Shown in pieces: positions 26,451 through 36,601 of a stretch of 64,000 nucleotides of DNA. Both the position numbers and the translations under genes were made by a program. Location: NCBI GenBank assembly GCA_021108215.1, contig JAIORK010000050.1, forward strand, positions 10,498 to 74,497, in the 5' to 3' direction. Numbering within the stretch: position 1 is the stretch's first letter; the number at the start of each line of letters is the position of its first letter. The notes below the pieces were generated by a model. That model made no database searches and was not told the origin of the DNA. It saw nothing but the letters and a program-made list of their open reading frames with translations. Source of the DNA: a bacterium (lineage in GTDB: Bacteria > Oederibacteriota > JAAXVQ01 > JAUVAV01).

Positions 26451-26556
26451 ACACGAACAATAGAGCAGTTGAGCAGTAGACCGCCCTAAACCACGTAGGG
26501 TTTAGGGCTTCAGAAATAAAAAACCCCACACCGAAAGGTGCGGGGGTTTTTATTTC
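26451..26556. repeat. R3: copy of the R2 repeat plus bidirectional terminator, immediately 3' of tRNA-Asp
   Basis: acgaacaatagagcagttgagcagtagaccgccctaaaccacgtagggtttagggcttcagaaataaaaaaccccacaccgaaaggtgcgggggtttttatttc. Confidence 0.7.
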
Positions 26557-26633
26557 TGGCGGGGTTGACGAGGCTCGAACTCGCGACCTCCTGCGTGACA
26601 GGCAGGCGCTCTAACCAACTGAGCTACAACCCC
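26557..26633 (-). tRNA. tRNA-Asp (anticodon GTC), CCA encoded
   Basis: The minus-strand sequence GGGGTTGTAGCTCAGTTGGTTAGAGCGCCTGCCTGTCACGCAGGAGGTCGCGAGTTCGAGCCTCGTCAACCCCGCCA folds as a cloverleaf: acceptor GGGGTTG/CAACCCC, anticodon stem CCTGC/GCAGG, loop CTGTCAC, T-loop TTCGAGC. Confidence 0.9.
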
Positions 26634-26766
26634 GCGAACACAGTGAGCAGCTCTGCTGTTCTGCTGATCCGCTGTTCAATGTTTAACTTCTCCAGATTCG
26701 AGTTTTCCCTACTTTCAAATTTTTACTCTCAATTGCTCTGCTTTTTCATCCCCAGGACGAAAAAAC

Positions 26767-26843
26767 TGGTGGGCGAAACAGGACTCGAACCTGTGACCCC
26801 CTGCTTGTAAGGCAGGTGCTCTAACCAACTGAGCTATTCGCCC
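26767..26843 (-). tRNA. tRNA-Val (anticodon TAC), CCA encoded
   Basis: The minus-strand sequence GGGCGAATAGCTCAGTTGGTTAGAGCACCTGCCTTACAAGCAGGGGGTCACAGGTTCGAGTCCTGTTTCGCCCACCA has the anticodon loop CTTACAA. Confidence 0.9.
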
Positions 26844-27031
26844 AAAATTTTGCTTCACAAAATTTAGAGCAATTGAGCAACCAAAGGTTCAATTGCGGTC
26901 TATTGTTCAACTGCTCAATTTTCATGTAATATTATCCTGCCCAACAACTAAGGAAAAACAATAATACTAAAATTTCTTAACAAGTCAAGATTTTTTTCTT
27001 AAAAGTCACTGCCCTGTTATCCAGAGACTTT

Positions 27032-27523
27032 TTACCCTTTTTTCTTTTTTTTCAAAGGTTTTTTTACTTTTCGCAGGTCCAGCAAAACTGCAATTTCATT
27101 ACAATTGGGGAAATGCGGGCACTTGATGCAGTCGCTCCAAACCTTGTGCGGCAATATTTCCCGTTTGATCCGCTTAAATTTAAGCTTTTTAAAAAAAACC
27201 GGAACATAGGTCAGAGCAAAAAACTGCTGTATCTTCAATTCCCGTCCCTCTGCCAAACAGGCCTCCACCAATTTCCGTCCCAGCCCTTTTCCCTGATACG
27301 CAGGTTTGACTGCCAGTGATTTAATCTCCGCCAGGTCGTCCCAGCTGATATGTAACCCGCAGACTCCGACCAGCGTATTGCGGGCAATCACAACAAAATA
27401 GTCCCGGATGTTTTCATAAATCTCCGACAAGGACCTTCCCAGCATTTCACCTTTTTTCGCCCGGCTGTTTATCAGCTGATGGATGGCAATGGCATCTTCC
27501 AAGGTTGCTTTGCGGATCATCAT
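27032..27523 (-). CDS. GNAT family N-acetyltransferase (ArgA short-form-like) with C-terminal Cys-rich tail
   Basis: The acetyl-CoA binding motif QGKGLGRKLVEACLAEGRE, and a C-terminal CIKCPHFPNC plus poly-K tail. Confidence 0.75.
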   Translation of the reverse strand: MMIRKATLEDAIAIHQLINSRAKKGEMLGRSLSEIYENIRDYFVVIARNTLVGVCGLHISWDDLAEIKSLAVKPAYQGKGLGRKLVEACLAEGRELKIQQFFALTYVPVFFKKLKFKRIKREILPHKVWSDCIKCPHFPNCNEIAVLLDLRKVKKPLKKKKKG

Positions 27524-28054
27524 TTCCCTGCCACACTTTCCGTGCCCTTTTGCAAAGCAACCAAATTAACCTGCAGGCGTTCCTGTTTGTTGGCAAACCG
27601 GTGCTGAAGTATTTCCCGGATCGGTTCCATATGTACACCGGGGACGATGGCAAGAAAAGCGCCCAGCATAACCAAATTCAAGGGCCCGTTCTCCGGATAA
27701 ATCTTATTGGCAATACTTGATGCAGGAATCGAGATTACTTCCGAACTTTCATTTTCTGCCGGTTGCGAGGCCAGATCTGAGTTAACCAATATTTTTCCGT
27801 TTTCCCTGATAAGTGCACCATAGGTGTTGCGCGCCCGCTGATCAAATGCAATCAAAATATCCGGATGCTTAAAAATAGGTGTGTAGACTTCTTTATTTGC
27901 GACCACCACGTAACAAAATGAGGGACCGCCCCGCCGTTCGGCGCCATAGGTAGGCACATACGTTGCCACCAGGTTTTGCTGCACTGCCGCCCGGGCCAGC
28001 AGCTGCCCGTCAAATTGAATGCCCTGCCCGCCTGAGCCGGCAATAATGATCCGG

Positions 28055-28062
<8 letters not shown>
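27520..28062 (-). CDS. 2-oxoacid:ferredoxin oxidoreductase gamma subunit
   Basis: IIIAGSGGQGIQFDGQLLARAA (PorG/KorC family). Start assigned to MFNRIII, overlapping the beta-subunit stop. Confidence 0.8.
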
Positions 28063-28821
<759 letters not shown>

Positions 28822-28825
<4 letters not shown>

Positions 28826-29916
28826 CGCAGCACCTCCATCGCCTGATCCACAATATCTTCCGCAATCGGGATCGCGCCGCCCGGATTCTGAATCAGACGG
28901 ATATCAACATCTTTAAGACTCTTTTCCCGGGCAATGGCAAGTTGTACATCCTCAATATATTGACCCATGCTCATCTCAACCACGATAAACTTAGAAAGCC
29001 GTTTTGCCAAGTCGGTCAATTCCCGGGTCGGGAAAGGCCACACTGTTATAGGCCTGAACAAACCTGCCTTAATGCCTTTTTTCCGGAGCAACTCCTGGGA
29101 CTGTTTGGCAATCCGCGCACTACTGCCATAACCGGTTAAAACAATTTCCGCATCCTCACATCCGGTCATTTCCACCCGGGTTTCATTAGCTTCAATTTCT
29201 GCATATTTTTTCCCAAGTTTATAATTATGCGCTTCCAAAGCACCCGGCTCCATCAACAGCGAGCGAATGAGCCGTGGTTTCCGGCCTTTGGCACCTGTCA
29301 AAGCCCAGTCCTTGGGCGGCAATTCCCTGCCCCGAAGCAATCCACGCAGACGCTGGGTCTCAGGATCAGGAAACACGACTTTTTCCATCATCTGCCCCAG
29401 CAAACCATCCGCCAAAACCAGAACCGGATTGCGATACAAATCAGCCAGATCAAAAGCATCCATGGTCAATTCAACCAATTCAGTCACTGTATGCGGTACC
29501 AGCACAATGGTCCGGTAATCACCATGTCCGCCGCCGCGAGTGGATTGCCAGTAATCACTCTGGGACGGAGAAATGTTACCCAGACCGGGACCACCCCGCA
29601 TAACATTGGCAATCACGCCCGGCAATTCACAGCCGGCCATATAGGAAATCCCTTCCTGTTTCAGAGAAATCCCGGGTGAAGAGGATGATGTCATCGCCCG
29701 CGCACCCACAACTGCTGCCCCAAAAACCATATTGATGGCTGCCAGTTCTGATTCTGCCTGTAGAAAAGTACCGCCCACCTCCGGCATGCGGCGCGACATA
29801 TATGCCGGAACCTCATTTTGAGGTGTGATCGGGTAACCAAAATAAAAACGACACCCTGCCCGAATGGCAGCTTCCGCCATGGCATCATTACCTTTCATAA
29901 AAACCGCTTCGCTCAT
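28822..29916 (-). CDS. 2-oxoacid:ferredoxin oxidoreductase alpha subunit
   Basis: The PorA/VorA/KorA-family N-terminus (MKGNDAMAEAAIRAGCRFYFGYPITPQNE) and transketolase-like C-terminal domains. Confidence 0.85.
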
Positions 29917-30155
29917 GCTTCGGTCTCCTTGAATATCTCAATTGCCACCTCAGGACATACTAAGGCGCAGGCTTGGCAGCCGGTACAGCTATCTTCATCC
30001 ACACACGCGACGACACGAAACCCGGTTTTATTAATCTTCTCCGAAAACCGGATTATTTTTTTCGGACAGACTGCAATGCACATTTCACAGGCCTTGCATC
30101 GATCCGGATCAATTTTCAATCGAAAAGTCATAAAACCATCTCCTGATTCATACAA
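29913..30155 (-). CDS. 2-oxoacid:ferredoxin oxidoreductase delta subunit (2x[4Fe-4S] ferredoxin)
   Basis: 80 aa with two CxxCxxCxxxCP clusters (CKACEMCIAVCP, CTGCQACALVCP). Confidence 0.85.
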   Translation of the reverse strand: MYESGDGFMTFRLKIDPDRCKACEMCIAVCPKKIIRFSEKINKTGFRVVACVDEDSCTGCQACALVCPEVAIEIFKETEA

Positions 30156-30282
30156 TCAATTCGTCACGAAAAGACGTTTATACCTTCCTTTCGTGGGTTC
30201 AAGCTGATTTTGAAAGGATTTACTCTAGCATTGGGCCTGTGGACTGTCAAGAGCACGAGTAACGAAAATCACTTGAAAAGCA

Positions 30283-30708
30283 TTCACCGCCGAGGCGCTG
30301 AGGACGCAGAGAAAATCATTTAAAAACAAATATTTTACTGAATAATAACTATAACTATTTTGATTTTCTCTGTGTTCACCGCTGAGACGCTGAGAACACA
30401 GATGAAAATATTTATTATGAAAATCGCTTGTTAAAAAATATTAAATATAATTCAAACACTAACACCCTGTTACAAAGCCGGTCAAAATGCTTATTTTTAA
30501 AAGAAAAACCGGCACTGTCACCACATAACCAAGCAAGTTTTGACGATATGGCCCACGAAGGCTATACCTCTATTGATGATGTGTGTTTTTTCTTTAAAAA
30601 TAAGTATTCTGACCGGTCATAGCATCGTCTGTATTACTTAATTTGGACAAAAGTATAATTTAAACCTTCAAATATTGTGGTTTTCTCTGCGTCTTCAGCG
30701 TCTCGGCG
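30283..30708. repeat. three copies of a roughly 33-nt unit (caccgcCGAGgCGCTGAgGACgCAGAGAAAAt) in the oxidoreductase upstream region: two direct, one inverted
   Basis: 30283-30318 (+), 30376-30412 (+, within the imperfect palindrome gattttctctgtgttc...gaacacagatgaaaat), and 30673-30708 (-). Confidence 0.5.
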
Positions 30709-30716
30709 ATGAAATG

Positions 30717-32423
30717 CTAGGATTTTTCTATAAGTTCCCGGGCATGATTAAGTGCAGTATCTGTGATCTGGTCACCTGCCATAAGCCGGGCAAGTTCCTT
30801 GACTTGCGCGTCTCGATCCAGCGGACTCACCTGAGAAATGGTTCTACCTTGTTCCACATACTTACTGATTAAAAAATGACTCCGGGCAAAACGCGCTATC
30901 TGGGGAAGATGGGTAATCACCATAACCTGCCGGTGTTTCGACAATTCCTTTAGTTTCCGTCCAACCGCCTCTGCGGTTGCGCCGCCAACACCGGCATCCA
31001 CCTCATCGAATATCATGGTGGGTACACGCGCGGCAGATGCCGCAATTACCTTAATTGCCAGCATAATACGGGAGAGCTCCCCGCCTGAGGCTATTTTGGA
31101 TACCGGCTTGGCCTCCTCGCCGGGGTTGGGGGCAATCAAAAACTGAATATCATCTGCGCCATGCGGTCCGCATTTATAGTGTTTTCCATCCCAGCTGATC
31201 CATCCGCCGGTATCTTCACGCGGTTCAACTTGAATCTCAAACATCGCCTGATTAAATCCCAGTGATTTTAATTCAAGTTCCAGGGCCTTTGCCAATTCCT
31301 TACCCGCTGCACGCCTTTTTCCCGAGAGTTCTCTTGCTTTTTGCGACAAATCCGCGCTCAAGGCCGCTTCTTCTTGGGCAAGCCGCTCCAATTCTTCATC
31401 TTTGTGGGTCAAACTCTCTTTTTCCACCAGCTTTGATTCATAAAACCCGAGAATGGCCTCTTCCGACTCGCCGTATTTTTTCTTCAATTTATATAAAACA
31501 TCCAGACGTTCTTCCACTGTTTCCAGTTGCGCCGGATCCGCCTCAAATCCTTCAGAAAAATCCGCCAACCGGTCAACCACGTCCGTGATCAAGACCTCGG
31601 CAGACCGCAAATCATCTGCCAGGGAGCCCATCTGACTGTCAAAACGCGCCAGATCACTAATTGCATTCACCGCTTGCGTAAGGCTCTCACGCGCTGAGCC
31701 TTCTTCTTTGCGATGAAGACTATCCAGGGCGGTTATGACATTGGCGAGCATCCGCTCGGCATTGGCCAATTTATTTTTTTCTTCCTGCAACTGTTCATAC
31801 TCGCCGGGTTGAATCCGGGCTTTTTCAATTTCCTCAATCTGATAGACCAAAAGATCAAGCTGGCGTACGCGTTCCGCCTCATCCATGGCCAATTGCTCCC
31901 GCGCTGCCCGCGAAGCACGCAATTCCCCATAGACATCCGCCACCTGTTTACGCAGCGTCTCCAGGCCTGCCCAGGCATCAAGTAAATCACGTTGCTGATG
32001 ACGCTGGAGCAACGATTGATGCTGGTGTTGACCGTGCAGATCAACCAATTCCTCGCCAATGCGCTCCAAAATTGCCAGGGTTGTATAGCCGCCATTGATA
32101 AAACATTTGCTCCGGCCATTGCGTGCCAGCGTCCTTTTGATTACAAGTTGATTATCTTCACAGGGTTCAAGACCGGATTCCTCCAACAACGCATGTACCG
32201 GTGATTGCATCTCCAGGCGAAAAAGGCCTTCCACCGTAGCGGTATCGCAATCCGCCCGGATCAAATCCACAGAAGCGCGCTCGCCTAAAAGCAGCGACAA
32301 TGCTCCGAGTAAAATGGATTTCCCCGCACCGGTTTCACCGGTCAAAATACTCAAACCCTCATCCGGCGCCAGTGTCAATGCAGGAATAAGCGAAATATTT
32401 TTTACGGAAATTTCAAGTATCAT
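30717..32423 (-). CDS. recN: DNA repair protein RecN
   Basis: Walker A GETGAGKS at the N-terminus, a long coiled-coil, and C-terminal signature and Walker B motifs. 568 aa. Confidence 0.9.
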   Translation of the reverse strand: MILEISVKNISLIPALTLAPDEGLSILTGETGAGKSILLGALSLLLGERASVDLIRADCDTATVEGLFRLEMQSPVHALLEESGLEPCEDNQLVIKRTLARNGRSKCFINGGYTTLAILERIGEELVDLHGQHQHQSLLQRHQQRDLLDAWAGLETLRKQVADVYGELRASRAAREQLAMDEAERVRQLDLLVYQIEEIEKARIQPGEYEQLQEEKNKLANAERMLANVITALDSLHRKEEGSARESLTQAVNAISDLARFDSQMGSLADDLRSAEVLITDVVDRLADFSEGFEADPAQLETVEERLDVLYKLKKKYGESEEAILGFYESKLVEKESLTHKDEELERLAQEEAALSADLSQKARELSGKRRAAGKELAKALELELKSLGFNQAMFEIQVEPREDTGGWISWDGKHYKCGPHGADDIQFLIAPNPGEEAKPVSKIASGGELSRIMLAIKVIAASAARVPTMIFDEVDAGVGGATAEAVGRKLKELSKHRQVMVITHLPQIARFARSHFLISKYVEQGRTISQVSPLDRDAQVKELARLMAGDQITDTALNHARELIEKS

Positions 32424-33169
32424 GTCCTACGCTCCGCGAAAAGAAAAAATTCCTGATTACCGTCGGTCCCTTTGATGCAACTGGGCCGCACATTAATTTT
32501 CTTCAAATGACAGTCCGGCAGACACTGCAAAACATGCTGCACCGCACCATCTCTGGCCTGTTTGTCGCGTACGATGCCGCCTTTGCCGATCGCGGCCGGC
32601 CCAACCTCAAATTGCGGTTTAATCAGGGCAATTATTTTTCCGCCTTGGGGTTCCAGTAATTCTGAAACTGCCGGTAAAATTTTGGTCAATGAAATAAACG
32701 AGACATCAATCACTGCCAGATCAAACGTTTCTGCAAAATCTTCCGGTTTGAGATACCGTGCATTCACACCTTCCGAGACAGTCACCTGAGGGTGCTTCCG
32801 AATTTTAAAATCCAGCTGACCCTTGCCCACATCAATACAATGCACACGGACGGCATGATGCTGCAACAGGCAATCCGTAAACCCGCCGGTCGAAGACCCA
32901 ATATCCACACAAACCATGTCGCGCACCTCAAACTGAAAATCCTTGAGCGCGCCCTCCAGTTTGAATCCACCGCGACCGACATACCGCTGCCGCCGGCTTT
33001 TGCGGGACAGCGGTATATCCGCTTTGACCAGATGACCCGGCTTGCTCAACATACTATCATCCGAATAAAGCTCGCCCGCCATGATTCCGGCCTGTGCCTG
33101 ATTGCGGCTCTGGAACAGACCGCGTTCAACCGCCAATTGATCAACCCGACATTTTTTGACTTTATTCAT
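32420..33169 (-). CDS. tlyA: TlyA family rRNA (cytidine-2'-O)-methyltransferase
   Basis: An S4 domain at the N-terminus followed by an FtsJ-like MTase (VCVDIGSSTGGFTDCLL). Confidence 0.85.
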   Translation of the reverse strand: MNKVKKCRVDQLAVERGLFQSRNQAQAGIMAGELYSDDSMLSKPGHLVKADIPLSRKSRRQRYVGRGGFKLEGALKDFQFEVRDMVCVDIGSSTGGFTDCLLQHHAVRVHCIDVGKGQLDFKIRKHPQVTVSEGVNARYLKPEDFAETFDLAVIDVSFISLTKILPAVSELLEPQGGKIIALIKPQFEVGPAAIGKGGIVRDKQARDGAVQHVLQCLPDCHLKKINVRPSCIKGTDGNQEFFLFAERRT

Positions 33170-35079
33170 TTCTTCGTGCCGGATTTCCCGGTCTTTTTCA
33201 TTTTTAAGCGCTTCTTATCCAAAACAGAAAGTGCAACACGCACAATTCCCTCCGAAGTCAACCCGTATTGCTCAAAAAGCTCACAAATCGATCCTTGCTC
33301 CACAAATGCATCCGGCAGACCCAGCCGGGCAATGCTGATGGCCGTCATCTCCTGAGATGCCAGCATCTCCAAAACAGCACTGCCAAAACCACCCGACAAA
33401 ACATGATCTTCGATGGTAACCACCTTGCCGGTTTTCCTGATCTCCCGCAGCAAAGTCTGCGTATCCAGCGGTTTGATACACCGCACATCAACCACCGTTG
33501 TTGCAATTTTTTTGGTTTCCAATACCCGTGCTGCAGCCAGCGCAGGTTCCACCATATTCCCCACTGCCAATAGCGTTATCGCACTGCCCTTAGCCGGTAC
33601 TTTGGCCTTGCCTACCGGAACAGCGGTAATGGTCTTACCCACTTTACCAATCACACCGGCACCGCGCGGATACCGCAAGACTGTCGGCCCCCGCCTGGCC
33701 AGTGCGGTTTTCAACATTCCGGCCAGATCACTTTCATTACCGGGAGAAAAGATAACGAGATTCGGAATATGCCTGAGATAGGCAATATCAAAAACACCAT
33801 GATGTGTCGGACCGTCCTCGCCGACCAGCCCGGCACGATCCAGTGCAAAAACCACCGGAAGATTCTGTAGACAGACATCATGTACAATCTGGTCATAGGC
33901 ACGCTGCAAAAATGTCGAATAAATCGTAACAACCGGCTTATATCCCTGACTGGCCATACCGGCCGCCAGGGTGACCGCGTGTCCCTCGGCAATGCCCACA
34001 TCAAAAAAACGTTCCGGCAGTTGTTCTGCAAATTCATCCAATGCCGTCCCTGAGGTCATCGCCGCCACAATGGCGACAACTTTTTTATCTTGCTTGGCAA
34101 GCCGCAACAGGCTTTGTGAAAAGGCCTGAGAAAATGTAAGCTGAGGACTTAGGCGACACTGTCCGGTCCGGGCGTCAAACTTGGGTGTGCCGTGAAAAGC
34201 CACTGGATTTTGTTCCGCCGGAGAGAACCCCTTTCCTTTTTGCGTCAGAACATGCAATAGAATCGGGCCGGAAAAATCCTTGACGCGTTTCAAGGTTGAA
34301 ATCATTTGTTCGACATCATTGCCATCCACCGGACCCAGATAACGAAATCCCAGTTCTTCAAAAAGAACACCCGGAACAATCAACCCCTTGGTGGCTTCCT
34401 CCAGATAATGCGTCAAACCCAGGGCAGTCTTACCCACTGCCGGAATAGCAGCCAACATCCCCTCGACTTGCGACTTGAGCCGGTTGTACATCCGTCCGGT
34501 AATAATCTGATTCAAATAATTGGAGAGTCCCCCCACCGGACGGGAGATCGACATCCGGTTATCATTTAAGATAACCAGCAGATCGGTTTTTTTATGCCCG
34601 GCATCATTGAGTGCTTCCAGAGCCGTGCCGTTTGAAAGCGACCCGTCACCAATGACTGCAATAATTTTTTGTGGGGATTTGGTAAGATCACGTGCCCGTG
34701 CCATCCCCAGCGCAGCGGAAATCGACGTGGAGGAATGGCCCGTATTAAACGTATCATAAGGACTCTCCTCGCGTTTGGGAAATCCGGAAAGCCCTTTGTA
34801 CTGGCGCAAGGTTGCGAAACGATCGCGGCGTCCGCTTATTATTTTATGCGCATATGTTTGGTGCCCAACATCCCAGACAATTTTATCCTGAGGTGTCTGA
34901 TAAACATGGTGCAGCGCCAACGTCAGCTCAACTGCGCCCAGCGAGGACGCCAGATGCCCACCGGTCTTGGAAACCGCATCAACCATAAATACCCGGATTT
35001 CTTCCGACAATTGTTTGAGTTGAGCGACCGTGAGCTTTTTGACAGCTTGCGGAGAATTGATTTTTTCCAAAAGAGACAT
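33166..35079 (-). CDS. dxs: 1-deoxy-D-xylulose-5-phosphate synthase
   Basis: 637 aa with the TPP motif (GDGSLSNGTALEALNDAG) and the transketolase-like domains typical of Dxs. Confidence 0.9.
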   Translation of the reverse strand: MSLLEKINSPQAVKKLTVAQLKQLSEEIRVFMVDAVSKTGGHLASSLGAVELTLALHHVYQTPQDKIVWDVGHQTYAHKIISGRRDRFATLRQYKGLSGFPKREESPYDTFNTGHSSTSISAALGMARARDLTKSPQKIIAVIGDGSLSNGTALEALNDAGHKKTDLLVILNDNRMSISRPVGGLSNYLNQIITGRMYNRLKSQVEGMLAAIPAVGKTALGLTHYLEEATKGLIVPGVLFEELGFRYLGPVDGNDVEQMISTLKRVKDFSGPILLHVLTQKGKGFSPAEQNPVAFHGTPKFDARTGQCRLSPQLTFSQAFSQSLLRLAKQDKKVVAIVAAMTSGTALDEFAEQLPERFFDVGIAEGHAVTLAAGMASQGYKPVVTIYSTFLQRAYDQIVHDVCLQNLPVVFALDRAGLVGEDGPTHHGVFDIAYLRHIPNLVIFSPGNESDLAGMLKTALARRGPTVLRYPRGAGVIGKVGKTITAVPVGKAKVPAKGSAITLLAVGNMVEPALAAARVLETKKIATTVVDVRCIKPLDTQTLLREIRKTGKVVTIEDHVLSGGFGSAVLEMLASQEMTAISIARLGLPDAFVEQGSICELFEQYGLTSEGIVRVALSVLDKKRLKMKKTGKSGTKK

Positions 35080-35121
35080 AATCGAGCAACACCTGCTTTA
35101 AGGGCAAAACCCTTCCTTAAA

Positions 35122-35598
35122 TTAATAAAAAAACAGACCCCACATAACACCAATCGTCGCACCGGCCATGACCTCCAGCCGGGTATGGCCCAGAAATTCC
35201 TTGAGCCTTCCCTGGCTGATATGCTTATGCTGGGACATGTCGTCTAATATCACATTGAGTATCCGTGCCTGATGGCCGGCTGCCCGGCGTACACCGGAGG
35301 CATCATTCATGACCAGAATGGCAAATCCCAGGGCAAACAGATACAACGGGCTGTCCCAACCGGTTTCCAACCCCACCACGGTGGATAAACACATGACAAA
35401 TGCCGAATGCGAACTGGGCATGCGTCCGGTATCCACCAGAAGTCTAAAATCAAATTTCCTCGCTTTAATTAAATGGAGTACCACTTTAACAAAGGAGGCG
35501 AAAAGCCAGGCAGTGAATACCGTTATAAAAAAATGACTGGTGACTACCGTACTTAAAGCAATCCATGTTTCCTGCAACATCCAAATACCTTTTTCCAA
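35122..35598 (-). CDS. divergent PAP2 family membrane protein (DUF212/YuiD-like)
   Basis: 158 aa with 4 TM helices and the GRMPSSHSAFV...GATIGVMWG motifs. Confidence 0.7.
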   Translation of the reverse strand: MEKGIWMLQETWIALSTVVTSHFFITVFTAWLFASFVKVVLHLIKARKFDFRLLVDTGRMPSSHSAFVMCLSTVVGLETGWDSPLYLFALGFAILVMNDASGVRRAAGHQARILNVILDDMSQHKHISQGRLKEFLGHTRLEVMAGATIGVMWGLFFY

Positions 35599-35602
35599 TA
35601 TG

Positions 35603-36601
35603 CTACACCTCGCGTTCTGTTACGTAGTTTGCAATCGCCGTTAATGGCGCCGCCTTTTTCCCAAAAACTTTAAGCGCTGACAATCCCTTGGCAATAAGTG
35701 TCTCCGCATGTTTTTTAGATTCCTCCAGCCCGAACAGTGCCGGATAAGTCGCCTTGCCTCTGGCTTCATCTGTTCCCACACTTTTGCCAAGATCGCGCAT
35801 TTCTCCGATTACATTTAAAACATCATCCGATATCTGAAAAGCCAAGCCAATGGTCTCGCCATAGACTGAAAGTGCTTTCATTTTTTCAGATGACGCCTTG
35901 GCCAGACATCCCCCGATTTTAAGTGCCGCCTGAATCAGCTGCCCGGTCTTATGCGTATGAATATACTGCAGCATGGGCAGATTAATATCCTGGCCTTCTG
36001 CATCAATATCCGCCATCTGGCCGCCGACCATACCTGCCATGCCTGCTGCCTTGGCAAGAATACGCGACGCTGCTATGACTTGTTCCGCCTCATCCGCTTT
36101 TTTGGGAGAAAATTCCAATTTCCCCATCAGCTCAAACGCAAAGGTCAAAAGTGCATCCCCTGCTAAAATCGCGGCTGCTTCGCCGAAAATTTTGTGACAG
36201 GTCGGCTGCCCCCGACGCAGCGCATCATCATCCATCGCAGGTAAATCATCATGCATGAGTGAATAGGTATGGATGCATTCCAATGCACATGCCGCCGGCA
36301 TCACCGCTTGGGCCGTGCTCCCGCAAGCCTCCGCTGCGGCGATCACTAAAATCGGACGCAAACGCTTACCCCCAGAAAACATACTGTGCCGAACCGCAGC
36401 ATGCAATTTCGCCGGAAAATAATCCTTACGCGGCAAATAACGATTTAAGGCCTCGTCAACCAGCTTCCCCCGGGAAGCCAAATAGGTTTTTAGGTTAAAG
36501 TGGCTGTCATCTTTCACCAAGGACTTCTTTTTAACCGCCGCTTTCGTGACGGTTTTGCGAGATGCTCTGTTTGACTTAGAAGAGGCTTTCCTGATCTTCA
36601 T
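35603..36601 (-). CDS. ispA: polyprenyl (farnesyl/geranylgeranyl) diphosphate synthase
   Basis: The aspartate-rich motifs LMHDDLPAMDDD and the second DDxxD region. The start is uncertain. The 354-aa ORF-track start at 36667 would give a lysine-rich N-terminus that is the +1 frame of the xseB acidic tail. More plausible starts are the ATG near 36601 or the GTG at about 36532 (VKDDSHFNLKTYL). Confidence 0.8.
   Translation of the reverse strand: MKIRKASSKSNRASRKTVTKAAVKKKSLVKDDSHFNLKTYLASRGKLVDEALNRYLPRKDYFPAKLHAAVRHSMFSGGKRLRPILVIAAAEACGSTAQAVMPAACALECIHTYSLMHDDLPAMDDDALRRGQPTCHKIFGEAAAILAGDALLTFAFELMGKLEFSPKKADEAEQVIAASRILAKAAGMAGMVGGQMADIDAEGQDINLPMLQYIHTHKTGQLIQAALKIGGCLAKASSEKMKALSVYGETIGLAFQISDDVLNVIGEMRDLGKSVGTDEARGKATYPALFGLEESKKHAETLIAKGLSALKVFGKKAAPLTAIANYVTEREV

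Noticed and set aside
30283-30708. Possible CRISPR array in the oxidoreductase leader
   Set aside because: Only three repeat units are present, one of them inverted, and they have unequal spacing (93 nt and about 300 nt). No cas genes are nearby. This does not fit CRISPR architecture.
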